Assembly: GCA_964507055.1 (NCBI GenBank)
Contig: CAZDOJ010000001.1
Location: 721,313 to 785,312, forward strand
Length of the DNA stretch: 64,000 nt
DNA from: an uncultured Gammaproteobacteria bacterium
GTDB lineage: Bacteria > Patescibacteriota > Microgenomatia > Levybacterales > UBA12049
Direction of reading: 5' to 3'
Under the pieces are notes generated by a model. That model saw nothing but the letters and a program-made list of their open reading frames with translations. It was not told the DNA's origin and made no database searches. Position 1 is the stretch's first letter; each line of letters begins with the position of its first letter. Positions 20,935 through 32,100 of the stretch are shown here, in pieces. A program made the position numbers and the translations under genes.

Positions 20935-22005
20935 CTAGCTCGTGATTATCTCTTCAATTTTATGATTAAAAACCGCTTCGCTAAAATCCTTAGCTCTTTT
21001 CTCTGCATGTACTGAAAGGTACTTAAGTAATGTAGCGTTATGTACTAATTTTAATGTTTGCTGTATAAACTCTTCTTTTGTACTCCAAACTAATCCATTC
21101 ACTTCATGAGAAACGATTTCTTTTTGTCCTCCGGCATTGATTACAACCGGAACGGTGCCACATCCCATCGCTTCAACAGTGGAAATACCGAAATGTTCTG
21201 CCAATTCAGGTCTTTCTTCTAAATTTTCTCCGAAACCTGAGGCATGCCAATAAATTTTTGCTTTGTTGTAGTACTGGAAAAGTTTTGTATTTGAAACATT
21301 TGTATAGAATTCAACTGGATACCCTTTCGCAGCTTCTCTCAATTTAGTAAATTCTGTTTCATCTTTTTGCAGTAATCCAGCAGCAATAATAAACTTCCAA
21401 TCTTTTAATCCAGCGTCAACCATTTCCTTAAATGCTTCGATCATAAAAGACTGTTTTTTGTAATCGTCTTCACGTCCGCTAATTTTTCGATACCGTCCAA
21501 CATGCAAAATAATGTTTTCTTTTGCGACTGGTTCGTCATGAATTTCGACTGGAGGATATAAGATATCATCATGTATATTGGGAAAATACTTTTTATTAAA
21601 TTGTCGAGTGAAAGAGGAATTATAAAAGATACCTGTAATACGTGTCGTTTTGAATTGCGAAAGTAAACCACTTTCTACTGTAGATAATGGCTGTTGGATA
21701 TGCAGAAATAGTTTCCTAGACAAGGTCAGAGGGATACTTCCGTCACTTAATACGATAATTAAATCATAAGATTGAGTCGCTGAAAGTCGTTGTAATAGAT
21801 TTGTATTGGAAGAAAAAATGTTTGGTTGTAAGTTTACCTTGCGTAAATCAATTGAGAAACGATCTGCTACAGCATCTAAGTCTTTTTTGTTATTCCAAAA
21901 TATAGAGACATCGTGATGTGACGAGAGGCATGATGCAATCGTCATCATATACTTCTCTCCCCCACCTAAGTCATCTAAGTATGGATCATATATTCCAATT
22001 CTCAC
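20935..22005 (-). CDS. glycosyltransferase family 4 (GT-B)
   Basis: EX7E motif EHFGISTVEAMGCGTVPVV and N-terminal MRIGIYDPYLDDLGGGEKY. Confidence 0.8.
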   Translation of the reverse strand: MRIGIYDPYLDDLGGGEKYMMTIASCLSSHHDVSIFWNNKKDLDAVADRFSIDLRKVNLQPNIFSSNTNLLQRLSATQSYDLIIVLSDGSIPLTLSRKLFLHIQQPLSTVESGLLSQFKTTRITGIFYNSSFTRQFNKKYFPNIHDDILYPPVEIHDEPVAKENIILHVGRYRKISGREDDYKKQSFMIEAFKEMVDAGLKDWKFIIAAGLLQKDETEFTKLREAAKGYPVEFYTNVSNTKLFQYYNKAKIYWHASGFGENLEERPELAEHFGISTVEAMGCGTVPVVINAGGQKEIVSHEVNGLVWSTKEEFIQQTLKLVHNATLLKYLSVHAEKRAKDFSEAVFNHKIEEIITS

Positions 22006-22074
22006 TTCTAAATTGTATCAATTTTTACATCTCTTGCATACAGAGATCACTCGTGTTAGGATATTTTTACCACT

Positions 22075-22332
22075 ATGGATCCTAACTTGCAAAACGCTCT
22101 CATTTATTTCCTCTATGTATGGTCACTAATTTGGAAAGGCATTGCTTTATGGAGAGCAGCTCATTATAAACAACGAAATTGGTTTGTAGTCATGCTTGTA
22201 GTTAATACTGTTGGACTATTGGAGATACTTTATTTACTGCGTTTCTCGAAAAAAAGATTAACATTAGATGAAGTCAAACATTGGAAAAATAACTTTGTAA
22301 AGAGAAGCCCTGAAGAAAAGACAAGAGATTAA
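22075..22332 (+). CDS. small membrane protein, DUF5652-like
   Basis: WSLIWKGIALWRAAHYKQRNWFVVMLVVNTVGLLEILYL matches my recollection of the DUF5652 pattern common in CPR genomes. Candidate promoter upstream: TTGCAT-17-TAGGAT. Confidence 0.5.
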   Translation: MDPNLQNALIYFLYVWSLIWKGIALWRAAHYKQRNWFVVMLVVNTVGLLEILYLLRFSKKRLTLDEVKHWKNNFVKRSPEEKTRD

Positions 22333-23091
22333 TTATCTTTGTTTCAAATCTTTCTGTTGTCTTTCCCATAATCTCGCATACGTAATAAACATACTGTACG
22401 ACTGAAAAATACTCTCAATTAATCCCGCAGTACCAATTCTGTATCCTTTCTGCTTTATATATGAATCATAAAATGCGGTAATCATAACTCTGAAAAAACG
22501 CCATGATACCATTTTTGGATGAGCGGCTTTATAACGCAGCTCCGCTTCGATTTTGGACCAGTGAATTGTTTTGTTTAGCATACTGGTCAGATCTTGGTGC
22601 GTGTAATGCTTTATAACTCCTATCGTGATTTCACCAATAGGTCCATCAACTCGTGCTGATTCGTGTACATCTCCATACCACTCAATTAATTTAGATTTTT
22701 TAAATAATCGTTCGAGGAATTCAACATTGGGCCAAGGATTGTTACCTAAATAATAGTTTTGTCGTTGCAATCGATATGCAGAATTTAAATCCCGTTTGCT
22801 ATCTGTGACTTGCTTGATCTCTTCAATCAAACTAGGAGACAACCGCTCATCGACATCCAGATATAAAACCCACTTTCCTTTTGCTTTCTTGAGACCAAGA
22901 TTACGTTTCTTTGCAAAACTCTCTGAAACATAGGGGAAAACAGATGCTCCCATATGCTTTGCAATTTCTGGAGTCCTATCAGAAGAATTATCATCGATTA
23001 CGATAATTTCATCACAAAACGAAACAGAATCAAGACAATCGGCTATAAGATTCTCTGCATTTTTCGCTAGTATAATTGCTGATAATTTCAT
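22333..23091 (-). CDS. glycosyltransferase family 2 (WaaE/KdtX-like subgroup)
   Basis: LSAIILAKNAENLIADCLDSVSFCDEIIVIDDNSSDRT, and DxD in YLDVDERL. Confidence 0.85.
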   Translation of the reverse strand: MKLSAIILAKNAENLIADCLDSVSFCDEIIVIDDNSSDRTPEIAKHMGASVFPYVSESFAKKRNLGLKKAKGKWVLYLDVDERLSPSLIEEIKQVTDSKRDLNSAYRLQRQNYYLGNNPWPNVEFLERLFKKSKLIEWYGDVHESARVDGPIGEITIGVIKHYTHQDLTSMLNKTIHWSKIEAELRYKAAHPKMVSWRFFRVMITAFYDSYIKQKGYRIGTAGLIESIFQSYSMFITYARLWERQQKDLKQR

Positions 23092-23155
23092 AAGTATTCT
23101 AAATGGGTTTTCTTTATATCACAATCTGTGTATTTATTCTAATTTACTGAACTAT

Positions 23156-24070
23156 CTAAACCCGAAGTTTTCTTTTTGTTCGTAAGATATTCTTTTTCAA
23201 TTTGCTTGAAGTTTCTTCAATTTTCTTATTATAGATCCAATATTCTAATTGCTTTTGTGATTTATAAATATTCCCTAAGCTCTTTGTTACTTCTTTCTCA
23301 TCAACCTCTGTAAAGCCTTCTTTTTCCCACATTTTAAGATAAATTGTAAATTCATAAAAAGCCATAAGTATAGACAAAACTAAACCATGCAATCCGTCTT
23401 TATAACCCTTTCTTGCAAAATACCTGCTAAGGAATTCTTGAAACGGTGCGGAAAAAAGCTTGTGCCAAGAAAAAGATTCTTTTGCGATAATACGTTCATT
23501 CGCAGTAACAGAGGTATATCTATCTAATTTTTGGAGGAATTGAGAAACAGATACATAGTTCTGGTGAATTATTGCATATTCTTCTTGCGGCCCGAGATCA
23601 AGAATAGGTCCACTTATCTTTGGCTGACTGTGAATCACATTTGACCATACAACTGAACCTTTCTTGAAGAAACGGATATTATAATCTGGCCACCAACCAG
23701 TATTCTGAATCCACTTCTTAAATATCATATTCTTTCGAGGAATTCTGACACACGATGAGATAGCACCATTAACAACATGATCCTGTAGCTTTGAAGCTAA
23801 TGTCGAGGGAACTTGCTCATCGGCATCAAGTATTAAGATCCAATCATTTGAAGCTTTTTCGATCGCAAAATTCCGACTTGGCTCAACAAAGCCCTGACTC
23901 TTATGAGGGAATATTTTATCTGTGTATTTTTTTGCAATCGTGAGAGTATTATCAGTTGATCCATCATCAACAACCACTATTTCATCGGCCCACTTTACTG
24001 ATTCCAGACAAGATGTAATAGTATTTTCACCATTGAGCACGGTAATAATAACGGATATTTTATTTTTCAT
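23156..24070 (-). CDS. glycosyltransferase family 2 (WaaE/KdtX-like subgroup)
   Basis: ISVIITVLNGENTITSCLESVKWADEIVVVDDGSTDNT and ILDADEQV, plus a C-terminal GYKDGLHGLVLS motif shared with its paralogs. Confidence 0.85.
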   Translation of the reverse strand: MKNKISVIITVLNGENTITSCLESVKWADEIVVVDDGSTDNTLTIAKKYTDKIFPHKSQGFVEPSRNFAIEKASNDWILILDADEQVPSTLASKLQDHVVNGAISSCVRIPRKNMIFKKWIQNTGWWPDYNIRFFKKGSVVWSNVIHSQPKISGPILDLGPQEEYAIIHQNYVSVSQFLQKLDRYTSVTANERIIAKESFSWHKLFSAPFQEFLSRYFARKGYKDGLHGLVLSILMAFYEFTIYLKMWEKEGFTEVDEKEVTKSLGNIYKSQKQLEYWIYNKKIEETSSKLKKNILRTKRKLRV

Positions 24071-25509
24071 TTCTTTAGTAAAAATCTTTTTATTTCAAAA
24101 AGTTCTTTTTTTGCAAAAAAGTAAAAAGTTGCTGTATAACTTATTGCACCGAGTAGAATAATTACTCCAAGCGTAATAAAGTCAGTAACAAAAAGTTTTG
24201 CACCTACGAAAACAATTATACCCATTACCAAAGAACAAAGAAATGGTTTATAGACATTCTTTATAAACTCAAAAGTAATCTTTCTTTTAACGAGATAAAC
24301 TGTGTAGAGAATAGTTAAAGATATGAAAAATGAAGCAGCCGCCACACCATTATATCCATAATAATAAATGAGAATTGGTGTAAGAATCCATGTTCCAATT
24401 GTCCATATGACCATAAGTGATAACGTAGTTTTTACTCTACCTGTTGCATCTAATACATTAATTAAAATTCCTGATAGTGAAGATATTGCGGCATTAAGAC
24501 AGAAAAAGATCAAACTAATAATCGCTGGCTCCCATTTATGCCATTGTGGAATAAACTTTATAAAATATGGACCAGTTACAATAATGCCGACTAATACTGG
24601 AAACATCAGACTTGATACAAAAAACAAAGATTTTTCAATCGCTTTACGCATAATATCTGTATTCTCTTGAATACGAGAATATGTAGAAAATGTGACTTTA
24701 GTTACACTATCGACAATATATCTATATGCAAGAAAAGCAATCCTTTGTGCAAATCCTATGTATCCAATTTCAGTAAACGTAAGAAATTTTGTTAAAATAA
24801 CTGTTAAAAGGTCATCTTTAATTGTAGCCAGAATATTCTTAGCTTGAAATTGAGCACCGAACTTTAGATGGCCTAATGATTCTCTATCTATTCCCAATCC
24901 AATCTTCCACGGTGAAATGTAATAGTAAAGTGGTACGGTAGCAATACTTGAGACTAAGAAAGCATACGTATAACTTTCCAAGCGATACCCCTGCAAAATC
25001 AATACAATTAACAACACATTAAAAATAAGTGACTCTGCGATTTGAGGAATAACGAGTTTTTGAAATTGGATTTTTCTCTCAAGGAGAATTGAAGGAATGG
25101 TTTTGAAGGAGGAAATAAATATTGTAGCAACAAGAGCAACGAGCAAGCCTTCACCTGCTTCACCAATTTTGAAATATACACTTATTTGATCTTTTAGAGC
25201 AAAAATTACTAGGAATATCACAAAAGTGATACTTGCTTGCAAGGTGAAACTTGTTTTTAAATCTTCGGGGGTTAACGCTTCTTTCTTCTGAACCAATGCC
25301 GCACCTAATCCAAAATCAGTAAAGAAACTAATAATTCTTTGAATTGCAATAACTGCGACATAAATACCTACATCTGCTGGGACAAGAATACTTAAGATAA
25401 TTAATGAAGCTGCTGTCTGAATTATCTGAAGAATGAACGTGCGAGAAGCTAGAGCGATAATTGAACGCATTGATGCTCGCCCAAGTTGTTTGAGATTAAG
25501 CTCTTCCAT
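24067..25509 (-). CDS. Wzx-like oligosaccharide flippase (polysaccharide biosynthesis protein family)
   Basis: 480 aa and about 14 TM helices, with an N-terminal region typical of Polysacc_synt proteins. 4-nt overlap with the downstream GT2. Confidence 0.7.
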   Translation of the reverse strand: MEELNLKQLGRASMRSIIALASRTFILQIIQTAASLIILSILVPADVGIYVAVIAIQRIISFFTDFGLGAALVQKKEALTPEDLKTSFTLQASITFVIFLVIFALKDQISVYFKIGEAGEGLLVALVATIFISSFKTIPSILLERKIQFQKLVIPQIAESLIFNVLLIVLILQGYRLESYTYAFLVSSIATVPLYYYISPWKIGLGIDRESLGHLKFGAQFQAKNILATIKDDLLTVILTKFLTFTEIGYIGFAQRIAFLAYRYIVDSVTKVTFSTYSRIQENTDIMRKAIEKSLFFVSSLMFPVLVGIIVTGPYFIKFIPQWHKWEPAIISLIFFCLNAAISSLSGILINVLDATGRVKTTLSLMVIWTIGTWILTPILIYYYGYNGVAAASFFISLTILYTVYLVKRKITFEFIKNVYKPFLCSLVMGIIVFVGAKLFVTDFITLGVIILLGAISYTATFYFFAKKELFEIKRFLLKK

Positions 25510-26227
25510 ATCGAAGATCGTACCATAAAGTAAAACTTTCTATAATTGCCCGAATAATAACTCGTACATTCCCACCACTTTGATCTCCATGCTTTCTTGG
25601 ATAATGTGTCACTTTTACTTGAGCAATTTTCAAATTTTCTTTCTTTGCTTTTGCAAGAATCTCTGTTGTTAACATGGCCCCTTCTGATTTCAATGGGGAG
25701 ATTGCTGCAATAGCTTCTTTTCTAAATAACTTAAATCCGCAATCAATATCTCTAAAATAAAATCTAAAGAAAATAAAATCCCAAACTTTTAGTAAATTCA
25801 TAAGCACATGTCTGAATGGATGATCAATTCTACGATTACGATATCCAATTACGATATCATTATCTTCAATTTTTTCTATAAAGTTTTCAATTTCTGCGAA
25901 ATCAAATTGACCATCACCGTCATTAAATACAACATATTTATATTTTGCATTTTTAAATCCTTCTCGCAATGCAGTCCCATAACCTCTGTTTGGTTGATGA
26001 GAGACAACTCGTAAGCGTTTATCCTTTTCTGCTAATTTTTTGGCAACTTGTAAAGTATTATCTGTCGAACCGTCGTCGACCATAATTATTTCCCATTTCT
26101 CTGCGACTTTTTCTGCAACTGGAATAGCATTTTTTACTACCTGTTTTACATTCGCTTCTTCATTCCAGAAAGGGAAAAATATTGTTAAAGAAGAAAGTTT
26201 ATTTATTTTTTTCTTTTCTTTTTTCAT
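25496..26227 (-). CDS. GT2 polyprenol-phosphate sugar synthase (DPM1/ALG5-like)
   Basis: MVDDGSTDNT, FNDGDGQF and DCGFKLF. Confidence 0.75.
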   Translation of the reverse strand: MKKEKKKINKLSSLTIFFPFWNEEANVKQVVKNAIPVAEKVAEKWEIIMVDDGSTDNTLQVAKKLAEKDKRLRVVSHQPNRGYGTALREGFKNAKYKYVVFNDGDGQFDFAEIENFIEKIEDNDIVIGYRNRRIDHPFRHVLMNLLKVWDFIFFRFYFRDIDCGFKLFRKEAIAAISPLKSEGAMLTTEILAKAKKENLKIAQVKVTHYPRKHGDQSGGNVRVIIRAIIESFTLWYDLRYGRA

Positions 26228-27938
26228 GTAAATGAGTAACCTTTCTACTTGAGATTATACCAGCTACCAATACTATAACTCCAGTAAGAGTTATCATATT
26301 TGCGGCTTTTTCTATGGGAGTTTGTACATATGTTGCAATAACTGTATGCTTACCTTTTGGAAGTGACAGTTGTAATCCTGTAGAAGTATTTTTATATACA
26401 GTATTCTTGCCATCTACAGATATTTGCCAAGCAGGAAAGTATGCAATATTAAGCTTCACTACGCCATCTTTTATCATTAAAATTTCAGCTTTTGCTTGTT
26501 TCGATGTTACAGATTCAGATCGTATACTACCAATACTTTTTTCAACCTCGAATTTTTTAGTTGCAACATGTCGCTTATCTTTAGGCTTCTGGAAACCTGG
26601 AGGCATATATTCATCAGATATTTTTGAAGTATCCCACCGAATAAACGATGTATCTATGTACTGCTGTGAGGATTTAGGGACAATACTTGATGGAGCAAAT
26701 ACATCAATATTTACATAGATAATTGCTACAACGAGGAGTAAACAAAGTATAACTCTTTTCAAACCTGTCAAAGAAAGTACAAAAACACCTCCAAGAAATG
26801 AGATGAAAAAGCTTACTAAGATTAAAAATCTCCATGGGAATTGGAAGAACGACATGAGAGAGAATGTATCCCAAATAAACTTAGAATAGTCGACAGTTAA
26901 TAGTAATGATAATCCTAGTCCACCAATACTTAATAGGATAGGTAAGGTTACCTTCTTATTTTTTCTCAGCAAAATAAGTGGAAGAAGAGATAATACTGCT
27001 AAGAGAAGATGGATTTTACCAACTTTGAATGATAGTCCATCCGTACATCCAGGTACGGATCCACCATATGCCCAAGGACTATCCAATAGTTGTGGAATAC
27101 AGACAAAATGATCATGATAATCAGATCCGCCCCCGACTACAGAAAGTACATTTGTATATTTCATCTCAACTGGCACAGGCAACCAATAAAACGCAGACAG
27201 CATTATTCCAAGTATCAGACTAAATAACAAATATGAACCTGTGGTAAATTTATTTATTTTTGATCTAGCAATAAGAATCACTGTATAAGCAAAAATGAAC
27301 GGAGAAACCATCATCGCTGTCAAGTTATGTGAAAGAATTATGACAGCGAAAGCAATTGAAGCTGTACTGATCCAAACCCATCGTTTGCGTTTTAAAAGTA
27401 ATTTGGTTTCTTTTCCCTTTTCTTGTAACAAAAGTTGATGATTTTGAAACACTTTATAAAGTCCAAAGAAGACTAGGGGAATAAAAGCATATGCCCATAA
27501 TTCAGCTATTGCCCCACGAACATATAAATTGAGAGCATGGTACGGAGCATATACATAAAGCATTGCAGACACAAATCCACCTAATCTTCCCCAAAATTCT
27601 TTTGCTAACAAATACATAAATACCCCAGCAAGAAGTGTTCCCAATCCGATCATAATTTTTGTAGCAATTAAGCTATCAAATCCTAAGATATTAAAAAAGC
27701 CTCCGATGTAATATGAAAAAGGTGCATAAAAATTAAAAATAGGATAACCGTAGCCGTAGCCTAAATTTTCGACCCATCGTACAGGGAAAATACCATCTGA
27801 AAGTGCATCTTTCATTTCCGAAACACGTGCTACTTGAGTATCATCATGCATTGGGAAAAACCCTTGAGAAAATAATGGAAAGATTGCGGGAATACTGAGA
27901 AAGAGCAATATAATTATTAAAAGTATATTCTTTTTCAT
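26199..27938 (-). CDS. polytopic membrane protein with extracytoplasmic beta-rich domain and C-terminal TM anchor (putative GT-C-like)
   Basis: First-loop FFPMHDDTQVARVSEMKDALSDGIFPVRWVENLGYGYGYPIFNFYAPFSYY, about 12 helices, a ~130-aa soluble domain, and terminal helix ITLTGVIVLVAGIISS. Confidence 0.4.
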   Translation of the reverse strand: MKKNILLIIILLFLSIPAIFPLFSQGFFPMHDDTQVARVSEMKDALSDGIFPVRWVENLGYGYGYPIFNFYAPFSYYIGGFFNILGFDSLIATKIMIGLGTLLAGVFMYLLAKEFWGRLGGFVSAMLYVYAPYHALNLYVRGAIAELWAYAFIPLVFFGLYKVFQNHQLLLQEKGKETKLLLKRKRWVWISTASIAFAVIILSHNLTAMMVSPFIFAYTVILIARSKINKFTTGSYLLFSLILGIMLSAFYWLPVPVEMKYTNVLSVVGGGSDYHDHFVCIPQLLDSPWAYGGSVPGCTDGLSFKVGKIHLLLAVLSLLPLILLRKNKKVTLPILLSIGGLGLSLLLTVDYSKFIWDTFSLMSFFQFPWRFLILVSFFISFLGGVFVLSLTGLKRVILCLLLVVAIIYVNIDVFAPSSIVPKSSQQYIDTSFIRWDTSKISDEYMPPGFQKPKDKRHVATKKFEVEKSIGSIRSESVTSKQAKAEILMIKDGVVKLNIAYFPAWQISVDGKNTVYKNTSTGLQLSLPKGKHTVIATYVQTPIEKAANMITLTGVIVLVAGIISSRKVTHLHEKRKEKNK

Positions 27939-27939
27939 T

Positions 27940-29454
27940 TTATTGCTTTAGTTCATACAGTGTGTAATAAGATTCTTTATCTTCTTTTTGAATTTGCAGA
28001 ACCTTTGTGAGTGTCCATGTATCTGGAGCTAAGCCAATCCCTTCGCAAGGAGGACATGGTTGATAAAAGACAACATAAGTTGGCATTGTTTTGCTTGCAT
28101 CGAGTATTTCTTGCGGAGGGGTATCATTTATTGGCCAGTAACCTTGAACTTTTATATTTGGATTCGTGCCAAGATATATATCGAGTGCATATGGCATGAG
28201 GCCAAATGTACCTTGCGTTGCTACATAAATTTTCTCATTTTTTGCTTTCGCTTCGAGAAACTTTACTGTTTCCTTCACGCCATTTCCGGCAGGCCAATCA
28301 GTAACGAATTGTTCTCTATCGCCTTGCGGAATTGCTGCTTTAGAAAAATTAGTCATGATATGAAAATCAGTAACGATCCACATGCCCGTAAATACAACTG
28401 CAATAAGCACTTTTAACCAGCCTGTTTTTACATATGTGAGTAATGTATACAACGAAAATGCACCCAATAAAATAAGCGGCATAGTCATAAAAAGAATAAA
28501 TCGTGGATAGATAACTTTTCCAAAAAACGCCAAAGCCATAAAAGGAACAATAAACCATACAAGTAATAAAAGTTTTTCTCTTGTGTATTTCTTACTGACG
28601 AAGAATGAAGCAAGGACAAGAATAAGGAACGGAAGTGTCATATAACCAATCAACCAACCACTCAAACCTTGTAGGTTGCCAAATACATAAGCAAACGGAT
28701 TCTGGAACCAGTCACTGAATGAATAAATGAACGTAAGATTTTTCTCGCCAATAATATGATAAAAAGGCGACAGTCGTAGAATTGCATAGATTGCCTGAGC
28801 CAATACAAATGCAACTACTGCAAATCCAAACCACTTAAAAAGTTTCTTCCTATCTAACTTTTCTTTGAATGGAAAAAGAAGCAAAGAAAACGGAAGCAAA
28901 ATAAATCCAAAATTTGCACTTGTCTTCGTCAACATTCCTCCTCCAACAATCATCCCCAATAATAATGCTAAGTCTAATCGCACATATCTTGCAAGCAAAA
29001 CGGAGAAATATAATGACCATATGATGAATAAGGCAACCATTGAATCATACAGAGCCATGCGATCATAGACCAAGGCAAACGGGTACAGGACATATAAGAT
29101 GCTCGCTGTTAAACCAATAAACTTATTCTTAAATAGCTCTCTCCCAAGAAGGAACATACCTACCATTGAAGCAAAACCAGTAAAAACAGAGACAAGTCTT
29201 CCTGCAACTAAAGGATCTTTTACAAATTCGATAAGGATCATTGCTGCCCAAATAAATGACGGCTGCTTTCCATCGGTAAGAGAGATAAATCTCCATGTGG
29301 CATCATTATTTGCAATTTGAGCCCAACGGATATAGATGGCCTCATCAGTAAAGATAGGTAGCCCGGTGAGGTTATATAAGCGAGTAAAGAAGTATAATCC
29401 CGCTAACAAAACGAAGAATGTACTGAGATAGAGATGTTTTCTAATATAACGCAT
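27940..29454 (-). CDS. ArnT/PMT_2-like GT-C glycosyltransferase
   Basis: First-loop PIFTDEAIYIRWAQ (DE motif), multi-TM, and a C-terminal ~130-aa soluble domain. Confidence 0.6.
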   Translation of the reverse strand: MRYIRKHLYLSTFFVLLAGLYFFTRLYNLTGLPIFTDEAIYIRWAQIANNDATWRFISLTDGKQPSFIWAAMILIEFVKDPLVAGRLVSVFTGFASMVGMFLLGRELFKNKFIGLTASILYVLYPFALVYDRMALYDSMVALFIIWSLYFSVLLARYVRLDLALLLGMIVGGGMLTKTSANFGFILLPFSLLLFPFKEKLDRKKLFKWFGFAVVAFVLAQAIYAILRLSPFYHIIGEKNLTFIYSFSDWFQNPFAYVFGNLQGLSGWLIGYMTLPFLILVLASFFVSKKYTREKLLLLVWFIVPFMALAFFGKVIYPRFILFMTMPLILLGAFSLYTLLTYVKTGWLKVLIAVVFTGMWIVTDFHIMTNFSKAAIPQGDREQFVTDWPAGNGVKETVKFLEAKAKNEKIYVATQGTFGLMPYALDIYLGTNPNIKVQGYWPINDTPPQEILDASKTMPTYVVFYQPCPPCEGIGLAPDTWTLTKVLQIQKEDKESYYTLYELKQ

Positions 29455-29474
29455 TATGGATATTATACTTAATA

Positions 29475-30929
29475 CTATACCTTTTCAGCAATCAGGTGAT
29501 TCAACCTAACTTTACTAAGAATTACTTCAAGGTCTTTTTTCCTGAACATGTACAATACGTTTAATGTGATCGGAGGAATAAAAATAAGTATATAAGTAAT
29601 GATTGGCCAAATTACTGATTGTGTATTAATCCGATAAATAACCCACAGCAATGGATATGCAAATAAAGATGTAATTGAAAGACCTACTGTAGTTAAGAGC
29701 AACTTTTTATCAAGAACAAGTGGAATTAAAGGCAATATCCAAAGGACATACCAATTCCAATATGCTGTACTAATAAATAATAAATATACTAAGAGTACAA
29801 CGATGTATGCATAGACAGGTTCTATATCATGCTTCCAAACCTGCCACGTAAAATAGAGTAACCATAACAGGAATAAGACAAAAACTACTTGTATTAATTG
29901 CGGCTGGAACAATAGAAGAACTGTAGGTAGCGATTGCCAGTAAACACCACCATTGTATGCAACTCGTTGCAAAAACTCTATAAGATTTACTTGCATAAAC
30001 GAAAATAGTAATGTGTTTATGCTAACGAATCCTGCAACAAAAGAGAGCAATCCAAGATATTTTTTCTTTTTTACTAATGAAAGTAGACAAAAGAAGAATA
30101 AGACAATTGGAATTAATTTTACTTGCACTGCTAGGGCTAAAATTATGCCTGCAAAAAACCATAGCTTCTTACGGAAGAAATAATAACTGAGCAGTGTAAA
30201 GAAAATCATCATACTGTCGTTATGTCCCGAGCCGAATATTTCAAGTATAAAAATTGGATTCCAGAAAACGAATATTAATGCCCAATTTAGATAATTTTTC
30301 TTTTGCTCTTTTAGTACTAAATACAACACATAAAATATCCCAGCTGCAAATAATGCAGGGACCAATTTATAGAGAATAACAAGAGTGACCAAATCATTCT
30401 GTCCAATATACGATGGGAGCAAATATAACAAAAAGTGTATTCCACCATACACACTCGTTGTATCTTTCCAATCTGCTAATACACCAAATTGGTCATCTGG
30501 AAATGTAGCTGGCTTAACTTGCCAAATATTTTCACCATGTACTGTTGCTACACGTTCAGAAAAAATATAAGAGAAAATATCTGTGGATAATATCGGGAAT
30601 GATACAAATGTTACTATTTGGAAAAGTACCGTAAACAGTATTATTTGTTTGAGCGTAAACTTTACCTTGAGAGCAATCAGATATAAAATTACCGCAGCTA
30701 CAGAAACGGCTGCAAATATGATTGTGGGAATAGAATTTAACCCATATCCAGATAATATTGTTTGCATCGAAAAAAGAAAATCTTTTGCTGCTGGATAAAG
30801 ATTTCCAATTCCAATAATTGCTCGAGGGTCTCGAAATAGTAAAACCCATGAGAGGATCAAATATGTAAAAAAACAAAGACTAAGCAAACTAGCAATTATG
30901 ATTGGTAATTGGGATTTATGTAACTTCAT
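29475..30929 (-). CDS. polytopic membrane protein, GT87/DUF2029-like mannosyltransferase candidate
   Basis: STDIFSYIFSERVATVHGENIW (D...Y...G.N pattern) and WNPIFILEIFGSGHNDSMMIFFTLLSYYF. Paralog of 32097..33329. Confidence 0.4.
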   Translation of the reverse strand: MKLHKSQLPIIIASLLSLCFFTYLILSWVLLFRDPRAIIGIGNLYPAAKDFLFSMQTILSGYGLNSIPTIIFAAVSVAAVILYLIALKVKFTLKQIILFTVLFQIVTFVSFPILSTDIFSYIFSERVATVHGENIWQVKPATFPDDQFGVLADWKDTTSVYGGIHFLLYLLPSYIGQNDLVTLVILYKLVPALFAAGIFYVLYLVLKEQKKNYLNWALIFVFWNPIFILEIFGSGHNDSMMIFFTLLSYYFFRKKLWFFAGIILALAVQVKLIPIVLFFFCLLSLVKKKKYLGLLSFVAGFVSINTLLFSFMQVNLIEFLQRVAYNGGVYWQSLPTVLLLFQPQLIQVVFVLFLLWLLYFTWQVWKHDIEPVYAYIVVLLVYLLFISTAYWNWYVLWILPLIPLVLDKKLLLTTVGLSITSLFAYPLLWVIYRINTQSVIWPIITYILIFIPPITLNVLYMFRKKDLEVILSKVRLNHLIAEKV

Positions 30930-32100
30930 GTTTTTTAATTTTATACAAAATTAGCCAGACTGTTAAAGTATACATAAATGGAATAATTAGAAGGAAGTAT
31001 CGTGACCAAACAGGAATAAATGAAAGAAATAGGAGATAGATGATAATCCATATACATGGGAATACTATCATCGATTTGCGATATTTTCTAAAAACAAAAA
31101 CTATAGTTATTGCTGAAATTACGGTAAGTAAAATCCATCCAAAATGCCATTCATCCACAACAGATATTTGCCCCCACCAATTAGCATATTTACCGGTAAA
31201 TATAATTTCCCATGGAGCTGAGAAAGACCCTTTCGCACCTCCGGCATAAAAATTGATAATCCATTTTTGAACGCCTAGAAAATCCATAAATGAATTGCCT
31301 AACAAAAAGTATTGGATATAAGTAGCAACAAACACTATACCTGCAATCGGCAGTGTCATAATATACTTTTTAACTAGTTTGAGTTGCTTCGTGACAACTA
31401 AATAAAGCACAATTGCCCCTATAACGAGAGGAAATGTAGATGCTGTAGATTTAGTTGCAGCCATGAGACCAAGAACAACAGCAGAAGCAAAATACTTTTT
31501 TTTCAGGAAGAAGTAGCAGATCATGAAGAATAGTCCAATATATAAAAGATCTAACAAAGATATTTGAAGTTGTGTAAAAAATAACGGTTCAAAAGAAAGT
31601 AATAAGACTGGAATAAAGGCTGCTAATTTACTCTTAAAGAATAATGTATTAACGAGATAAAAAGCATATAAAGCAAACAGTCCACTTAATAATGCAAAGA
31701 TATTCTGATTCTTAAAAATAAGCTCAGATAAACCAATAAGATACTTTCCAAGGGGTGGAATTTCTGCATTTAAAAGGGTCGGGTCTTTGCCATGAATGTA
31801 TTCCCATCCTGCATATGTATATACACCATCATCGCCTATGGCATTTTTTTTGAGATCAGCTGCTGCTGCATTATTCTTATTCTGTTCAAACCATTGATCG
31901 TCCCAAATACATGTGTAGGGATTTACATGCGGATCCAAATTTTCACATGCAGGTTTGGTGCTCCATTGAGAATTCTCATACTTTAGCTTCCAATAATCTG
32001 CATTAAAAGGGGTAAGATAATCAGTTCTATATTCATATATTCTGAATGCAATATGTACCGCAAAAAGAATCAGTAAACCAATAAATACTTTCTTTCTCAT
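30916..32100 (-). CDS. short GT39 (PMT-like) phospholipid-carrier-dependent glycosyltransferase candidate
   Basis: Loop-1 GDDGVYTYAGWEYIHGKDPTLLNAEIPPLGKYLIG resembles the PMT DE...HPPLGK signature; followed by ~9 helices. Confidence 0.45.
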   Translation of the reverse strand: MRKKVFIGLLILFAVHIAFRIYEYRTDYLTPFNADYWKLKYENSQWSTKPACENLDPHVNPYTCIWDDQWFEQNKNNAAAADLKKNAIGDDGVYTYAGWEYIHGKDPTLLNAEIPPLGKYLIGLSELIFKNQNIFALLSGLFALYAFYLVNTLFFKSKLAAFIPVLLLSFEPLFFTQLQISLLDLLYIGLFFMICYFFLKKKYFASAVVLGLMAATKSTASTFPLVIGAIVLYLVVTKQLKLVKKYIMTLPIAGIVFVATYIQYFLLGNSFMDFLGVQKWIINFYAGGAKGSFSAPWEIIFTGKYANWWGQISVVDEWHFGWILLTVISAITIVFVFRKYRKSMIVFPCIWIIIYLLFLSFIPVWSRYFLLIIPFMYTLTVWLILYKIKKHEVT